This document shows, piece by piece, positions 59,073 through 64,000 of a stretch of DNA of 64,000 nucleotides. Source of the stretch: Candidatus Anstonellales archaeon (GTDB lineage Archaea > Micrarchaeota > Micrarchaeia > Anstonellales > J096); assembly GCA_038896535.1 (NCBI GenBank), contig JAWACY010000002.1, positions 1 through 64,000 on the forward strand, read 5' to 3'. How positions within the stretch are numbered: position 1 is the stretch's first letter; every line of letters starts with the position of its first letter. The position numbers and the translations under genes are program-made. Below the pieces are notes generated by a model. That model searched no databases. It was not told the origin of the DNA and saw nothing but the letters and a program-made list of their open reading frames with translations.

Positions 59073-61040
59073 TTAAGGCGTGATGCCATTCCTGTATATA
59101 TCCTTATTATTCCTGTATAATGTTGCTATTTTCTTTGCGCTTATGCCAGGAAGCGTATATTCTGACATTACTGCTTGCACTCTTTGCCTCAGGCTCTCTG
59201 AATAGGTTAAGTTAATTTTTTCTTTTTCTGATACTTTTTTTATAAACTGATTCAATATAAGGCCAGTATAGTTTTCAATTGCTGTGAATGGCTTTTTACA
59301 TATGATATCTATGGCCTCAAGATTTTTATCGCTGTCAAATCTTTTTCTTATTATTGCTCTATAATAATAGGTAGCATCTTGCAATATCATATCAATAGTT
59401 TCTGACAATTCTTTTAATTTCTGCTCATTTATCTTTTCCTTTTTAGTCAATTTGTTTATTTCATAACTAAGCATGTATCTCAATGTGCATGGAATGATTT
59501 CTATCAAAAGCTGAGTCTTTATGCTTAATATCAGCATTCTGTACGCATTTGCTCTTTCCCCTGTTTCAAATTTTTCTGTTTTATCAAAATCTTTTGGGAG
59601 CAACTTTGCATGTAAGTTAGAAATTGTTAAATATGTTTTTATCAAATTTAATAAATCTCTGCTTATATTTTCAATTTCCCCATTTGTTTGTGCAGCAATT
59701 CCAGAATTTGTTAAATAACCCTTTGAATGTGTATAAAGCCCGCCTGTCCTTAACATATATTTTATTGTTTCTGAATGTTCCTTTATACCTTGCTTAAAGT
59801 CAATGCCTTTTATGAATTCCTCCAATATTTCTATAAAGCGAGCATTTATTTTTCTGCTTTCATCTAAAATAATTATTGGCACATCTATTTCCTTGCATCC
59901 ATCATAACCAGAAAGCAGTTCATCAAGCAATGCCGGGTTATTAAGCATAGCCATTATCTCATCTTTTGTTTTGCCCTCTTTTATCATATTCAATATTTTT
60001 TTCATTGTCATTTCTTTTGCTTTTTCTAATGTCGCAATATCATTATCTGTTCCTTTGCTCTTCATTATTTCATCATAAGTATGATCGAGCTTTCTCTCTT
60101 CTTTTGATTCAAGCCTTTCAAACATCGTTTCCCTTTCTAATGGGAATAATACATTTACAACTTCATTGTATAGCTTATCATTTTTATCAAAATATTTATC
60201 TACCAAATCTTTAATAAAGGCCTTAAAAGTTATCTCAAGATCATTTAATTTTATATCATTAATAAGCATGTATCTCTTAAAGTGTTCTGTCATAATGAGC
60301 ATTATTACATAATCAGACATGCCCAATGCCTTTAATCTTTTTATGATTGTTTTTGGGTATTGTATCTGATATTTTATATGCCTGTTTTCAACGCCCTTCC
60401 TTTCTATCAATGGACATTCCAAAAAAGTTTCAAGATTAAATATGCTGTATGATTTGTTAATGATATCTTTTAATTTCTTATCTCCATCCTCATTTCCCCT
60501 GCCATCTATAATTTTCAATGATAAAGCTTGATTGTGCAATTCATTTTGGTCTTTTCCAATCATGTCAAAAAAGCCGTTTGCTATCAATATGTTTTTAACT
60601 GCCTCTATAGAATATATGTAAAAGCCAAGCATATCTGTTTTTCTTCTTTTCATATAAAGCATATCAAGTAATTCTCCAACCAAGTTAGAAAATGTCAATT
60701 TATATTCATTATCATGCATGCTTGTTATTTGCTCAATTAAAAAGTCATCAGTTATAACTTCTTCAACAATGTTTTTAATATGGGGGAAAACCTGCTTTAT
60801 TGCTTCATCTTCTTTCATTTCATTTATTATTGCTTCTTTATCTTTATCCTGTTTTCCTTTCGCCTTATTTAAATACTCACTTATCAGCTCCAATAAATTT
60901 TTCTTATCTCTATCAATGTTATAAATGAGCATTAACTTTTCAGCGGTAGCTTTAACAAGTATGCTTAAATAAGGCTGTACTTGATTAACTGATAAAGTAT
61001 TTTCAAATATTTGCCAATCTCTATTATCCATATTAACCAC
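59073..61040 (-). CDS. Large hypothetical helical protein
   Basis: 655-aa open frame with no recognised motif. Confidence 0.7.
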   Translation of the reverse strand: MVNMDNRDWQIFENTLSVNQVQPYLSILVKATAEKLMLIYNIDRDKKNLLELISEYLNKAKGKQDKDKEAIINEMKEDEAIKQVFPHIKNIVEEVITDDFLIEQITSMHDNEYKLTFSNLVGELLDMLYMKRRKTDMLGFYIYSIEAVKNILIANGFFDMIGKDQNELHNQALSLKIIDGRGNEDGDKKLKDIINKSYSIFNLETFLECPLIERKGVENRHIKYQIQYPKTIIKRLKALGMSDYVIMLIMTEHFKRYMLINDIKLNDLEITFKAFIKDLVDKYFDKNDKLYNEVVNVLFPLERETMFERLESKEERKLDHTYDEIMKSKGTDNDIATLEKAKEMTMKKILNMIKEGKTKDEIMAMLNNPALLDELLSGYDGCKEIDVPIIILDESRKINARFIEILEEFIKGIDFKQGIKEHSETIKYMLRTGGLYTHSKGYLTNSGIAAQTNGEIENISRDLLNLIKTYLTISNLHAKLLPKDFDKTEKFETGERANAYRMLILSIKTQLLIEIIPCTLRYMLSYEINKLTKKEKINEQKLKELSETIDMILQDATYYYRAIIRKRFDSDKNLEAIDIICKKPFTAIENYTGLILNQFIKKVSEKEKINLTYSESLRQRVQAVMSEYTLPGISAKKIATLYRNNKDIYRNGITP

Positions 61041-61160
61041 AATATTATATATATTAAAACTATTTTTAAACCTAATCCTAAAACCTAATCTATGCTAATT
61101 TTTAAACCAAATCTTTAAAATGAGTTCTTGATGAAATATAACTTAAAATATAACTTAATG

Positions 61161-62084
61161 TCATTTACAATTTAATATAACTTTCCTCACTCTCCTTTTT
61201 CTTGTTATTTCAGATAAATTGCATTCCTTATTAGCGTTTCTTTTTTTGCTTTCTATTATTTCATTAACATATCTTATTGCTTTTTTAATATTTTCAATAT
61301 CATTTTCCACATTACTACTGCCAAGTATTGGTCTAAATTCAACGCTTATATTCTCTCTTTGATCTTGATGAGTTTTTAAGTCTGGCCTTAACCTTGTTAA
61401 TGTATACAGCTTATCAGGGCCTATAAAAACACTACCATCTTTAAAATATTTTGGAAATATAACCCTAGCATTATCAAGCTTTCCTCTTTTTATAAGCACT
61501 CGTTCTAGAAAAGCCCTGCATACGTTTAAATGTCTATCAAAATCTTCTAAATTATATATCTTATAAGGAAACATTAAAGGCCCCATTACTCTTGCTCTTA
61601 AAGATTGGTAATAAGCATATCTTTTCCTATAATTTATATTTGTATTATCTATGAATTCATTGGCCTTTTTATTAAGCCCATTGTAGACATCAAATGCAAT
61701 ATCTAATGCCAGCTCAAAATGTAAATGCAGGCTGTTTATACAATAAAATGATTCCAAAAGTTCAGGGAATACGAAACCAATAAAAAACTTATTATAAGAT
61801 ATAATTTCCTGCTTTTGTTGCATTGTCCATAAAATATTTATCCCTTTTCTTCTTGCCATTTCATTTATGAATTTGAATAGAGCAATTATTTTGCTATCAA
61901 TTTCATCTTCGTTTATGAATGCAATTTTAACTTCAAGTGTATTAATAGCAGTGCTTTCTTCAATCTCTGTAAATATTCCATTGTTATTATCTATTAAAAA
62001 TGACATAAAATCTCTAGCATGCAATCTGCTTAAAGGTTCGTTTTCTTTAAATAAGGAGAACTCTCTTTCTATGCTAACGCGCAT
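61161..62084 (-). CDS. Divergent glutamate-cysteine ligase family 2 (carboxylate-amine ligase)-like protein
   Basis: SIERE, TLEV, SLHLHF, RLRP...VEFR occur in the GCS2 motif order. Confidence 0.55.
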   Translation of the reverse strand: MRVSIEREFSLFKENEPLSRLHARDFMSFLIDNNNGIFTEIEESTAINTLEVKIAFINEDEIDSKIIALFKFINEMARRKGINILWTMQQKQEIISYNKFFIGFVFPELLESFYCINSLHLHFELALDIAFDVYNGLNKKANEFIDNTNINYRKRYAYYQSLRARVMGPLMFPYKIYNLEDFDRHLNVCRAFLERVLIKRGKLDNARVIFPKYFKDGSVFIGPDKLYTLTRLRPDLKTHQDQRENISVEFRPILGSSNVENDIENIKKAIRYVNEIIESKKRNANKECNLSEITRKRRVRKVILNCK

Positions 62085-62091
62085 TTCATCA

Positions 62092-62574
62092 CTACATATT
62101 TTCTTTTTTATAAATGCCTTTATAAGGGCTTGATGCCTCTGATTCCATTTTTAAGAATACAAGCTGTGCTATCTTAGCATTTTTTGTTATTTTTATTCCA
62201 TGCTCATTAAAAACAACAAGCAATGCTTCACTCCTCCCCTCATATCCTGGATCCCATAAAGCAGTGAATATGCTGGCACCATTCCTTAATAATGAGCTTC
62301 TTGGTCTTGCTATTGCGACCATATTTAATGGTATTGAAACAATTTCGTTGAATATGATTTTATAAGCCCCCTTATCTATAAGCCTTGGCTCATCAGATAA
62401 ATGAATTTCCTCAACACCAGCAATGCTTCTTTTTTTATTATCAAAATCAATGCATCCATATCCTATAAATTTAAAAATTTGCTTTACTGTTAAATCCAAG
62501 CCTGCTGGTTGTACTTGCTCTTGTTCGCTCAATAATTGAACATGCTTTTTCGCTCTTTTTGGATGCACTATCAT
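62092..62574 (-). CDS. dut: Trimeric dUTPase (dcd/dut family)
   Basis: QPAGLDL, RPRSSLLR, WDPGYEG, IAQLVF, YKGIY. Confidence 0.85.
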   Translation of the reverse strand: MIVHPKRAKKHVQLLSEQEQVQPAGLDLTVKQIFKFIGYGCIDFDNKKRSIAGVEEIHLSDEPRLIDKGAYKIIFNEIVSIPLNMVAIARPRSSLLRNGASIFTALWDPGYEGRSEALLVVFNEHGIKITKNAKIAQLVFLKMESEASSPYKGIYKKENM

Positions 62575-62586
62575 ATTTCTCCCTTA

Positions 62587-63054
62587 TCACTCATAAATCC
62601 ATTTATCAATGTCTCTCTCATAATCAAAAAGCTCTTCTTTCTTAAAAAATCTTTTTAACTCCTTTTCAGCAGTCTCTTTACTATCACTAGCATGAATTAA
62701 ATTCCTGCCAGTATCAATAGCAAAATCCGCCCTTATTGTGCCTGGCTGTGCTTTTTGTGGATTTGTTGCACCTATTGTTAATCTTACAACCTCTATTGCA
62801 TTCGGGCCTTTAAAGGCAATTGCAATTATAGGCCCTGAAGTCATAAAATCTTCTATGCTCTTATAAAATGGTTTATCCAAGAGATGGGAATAATGCTCTT
62901 TTGTTAATTCTTTGCTCATTTTTGTCATTTTTATTGCAACTATTTTTAGGCCTTTCTGCTCAAGCCTTTTTATTATTTCGCCAACAAGGGCTCTATTTAA
63001 TGCATCTGGCTTTAATAAAACGACTGTTATTTCTTGCTTATCATCATGCTCCAT
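62587..63054 (-). CDS. ndk: Nucleoside diphosphate kinase
   Basis: LKPDA, GATNP, PGTIRADF, NLIHASDS. Confidence 0.97.
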   Translation of the reverse strand: MEHDDKQEITVVLLKPDALNRALVGEIIKRLEQKGLKIVAIKMTKMSKELTKEHYSHLLDKPFYKSIEDFMTSGPIIAIAFKGPNAIEVVRLTIGATNPQKAQPGTIRADFAIDTGRNLIHASDSKETAEKELKRFFKKEELFDYERDIDKWIYE

Positions 63055-63222
63055 AAAACCACCGATAATAATCTGATATTTAATAATATGATATTTTTTA
63101 CTTATTACTTGCTTTTTATTACTTTGCCTACACTTTTACCTATTTATTTCTTACCTTTCACAAACCTTTACTCTTGCCTTTTATTTACCCCCAGACATGC
63201 CTCTACTTTTTAATTTTTATAC

Positions 63223-63441
63223 TTATTTATTTTTATTATCATCGCTTTGGCCCTTTTTTAATTGCTGCTCTTTGAATATAACAAATGCCTTTGTCCATTT
63301 TAATTTTCTTCCTATCCTGCCAAGCTTCAGTGCATTTTTCTTGCATTTGCTTGAGCAAAATATCGCTGTTGAGCCGTCTGCTTTTACATACATAAATCCA
63401 GTTCCTTTTTTAACTTCATTACTGCAAAATGAACAAATCAT
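63223..63441 (-). CDS. rpl24e: 50S ribosomal protein L24e
   Basis: CSFC...GTG...DG...FCSSKC...WT. Confidence 0.95.
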   Translation of the reverse strand: MICSFCSNEVKKGTGFMYVKADGSTAIFCSSKCKKNALKLGRIGRKLKWTKAFVIFKEQQLKKGQSDDNKNK

Positions 63442-63495
63442 ATTAACACCCTTTTATATTAAATATAATTGCTGGCTTTAATAATTCAAGATTTA

Positions 63496-63705
63496 CTAAA
63501 GGCTTTTTATTTCTCTTGCTTCTCTTTCTGTTTCTCTCAATATGATAAGCATGCCTTTGTAAACAGGCCCCTTTATATTCCTTAAAATTACTCTTCCAGT
63601 ATCTTTTCCTTCAAGTACTTTAACAAGGCATTGGTGTATCTCTCCATAAACGCCTGTCTTGCCTTTTACTTCCATTATCTCTGCTAAATATGCTTCATCA
63701 GCCAT
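63496..63705 (-). CDS. rps28e: 30S ribosomal protein S28e
   Basis: GKTG..GE, RNIKGPV, ETEREAR. Confidence 0.95.
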   Translation of the reverse strand: MADEAYLAEIMEVKGKTGVYGEIHQCLVKVLEGKDTGRVILRNIKGPVYKGMLIILRETEREAREIKSL

Positions 63706-63719
63706 ATTATATCAACCCT

Positions 63720-64000
63720 TTATTTCTTTATTGTTTGCAAAACTTTAAGCACAGCAGTTAATTCATCATTTGCTTTTCCAGCATCAACAATTGCTATTGA
63801 TGAAGTCGGAACATTTAGCCCTATTGCCTTGCCAAGCTCTTCTTTGCTATTAACATAGCCATACTTTATTCCCTTTTCTTCTGCTATTTTTGGCAGATGC
63901 ATAACAATTTCTGGGGGGTTTACATCTTCTGCTATAATGACTAATTTTGCCTGCCCCCTCTCTATTGCTTTTGTCACTTCATTTACACCCTTTTTTATCA
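63720..64000 (-). CDS. rpl7ae: 50S ribosomal protein L7Ae (5' end outside the window)
   Basis: [33 protein letters not shown]. Confidence 0.96.
   Translation of the reverse strand, partial: IKKGVNEVTKAIERGQAKLVIIAEDVNPPEIVMHLPKIAEEKGIKYGYVNSKEELGKAIGLNVPTSSIAIVDAGKANDELTAVLKVLQTIKK

Overview
Strongly AT-rich archaeal chromosome segment. Archaeal markers include fibrillarin, L7Ae/S28e/L24e, Kae1, GINS, archaeal LeuRS and form III RuBisCO; a DPANN/Micrarchaeota-like origin is my inference from gene content and the many ORFans. Housekeeping genes (translation, FtsY, mevalonate kinases, pyruvate kinase, malic enzyme, redox, nucleotide metabolism) are interspersed with large lineage-specific ORFs. 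Main accessory block (~36.8-49.2 kb): a type III-A CRISPR-Cas locus with cas10-csm2-3-4-5, a 7-repeat/6-spacer array, cas2-cas1, a divergent CARF-wHTH + CARF-HEPN + cas6 operon and a palindromic shared promoter. It is flanked by an amber-interrupted ORF on the left and a G-run tract plus a HicA-like gene pair on the right. Features absent from the ORF track: tRNA-Gly(CCC), tRNA-Ser(CGA), a canonical box C/D guide sRNA, a 52-bp perfect direct repeat bracketing a single AAA+/nuclease gene (candidate minimal mobile cassette), and pervasive short tandem duplications in intergenic DNA. All family calls come from motif recognition by eye; no database searches were run.
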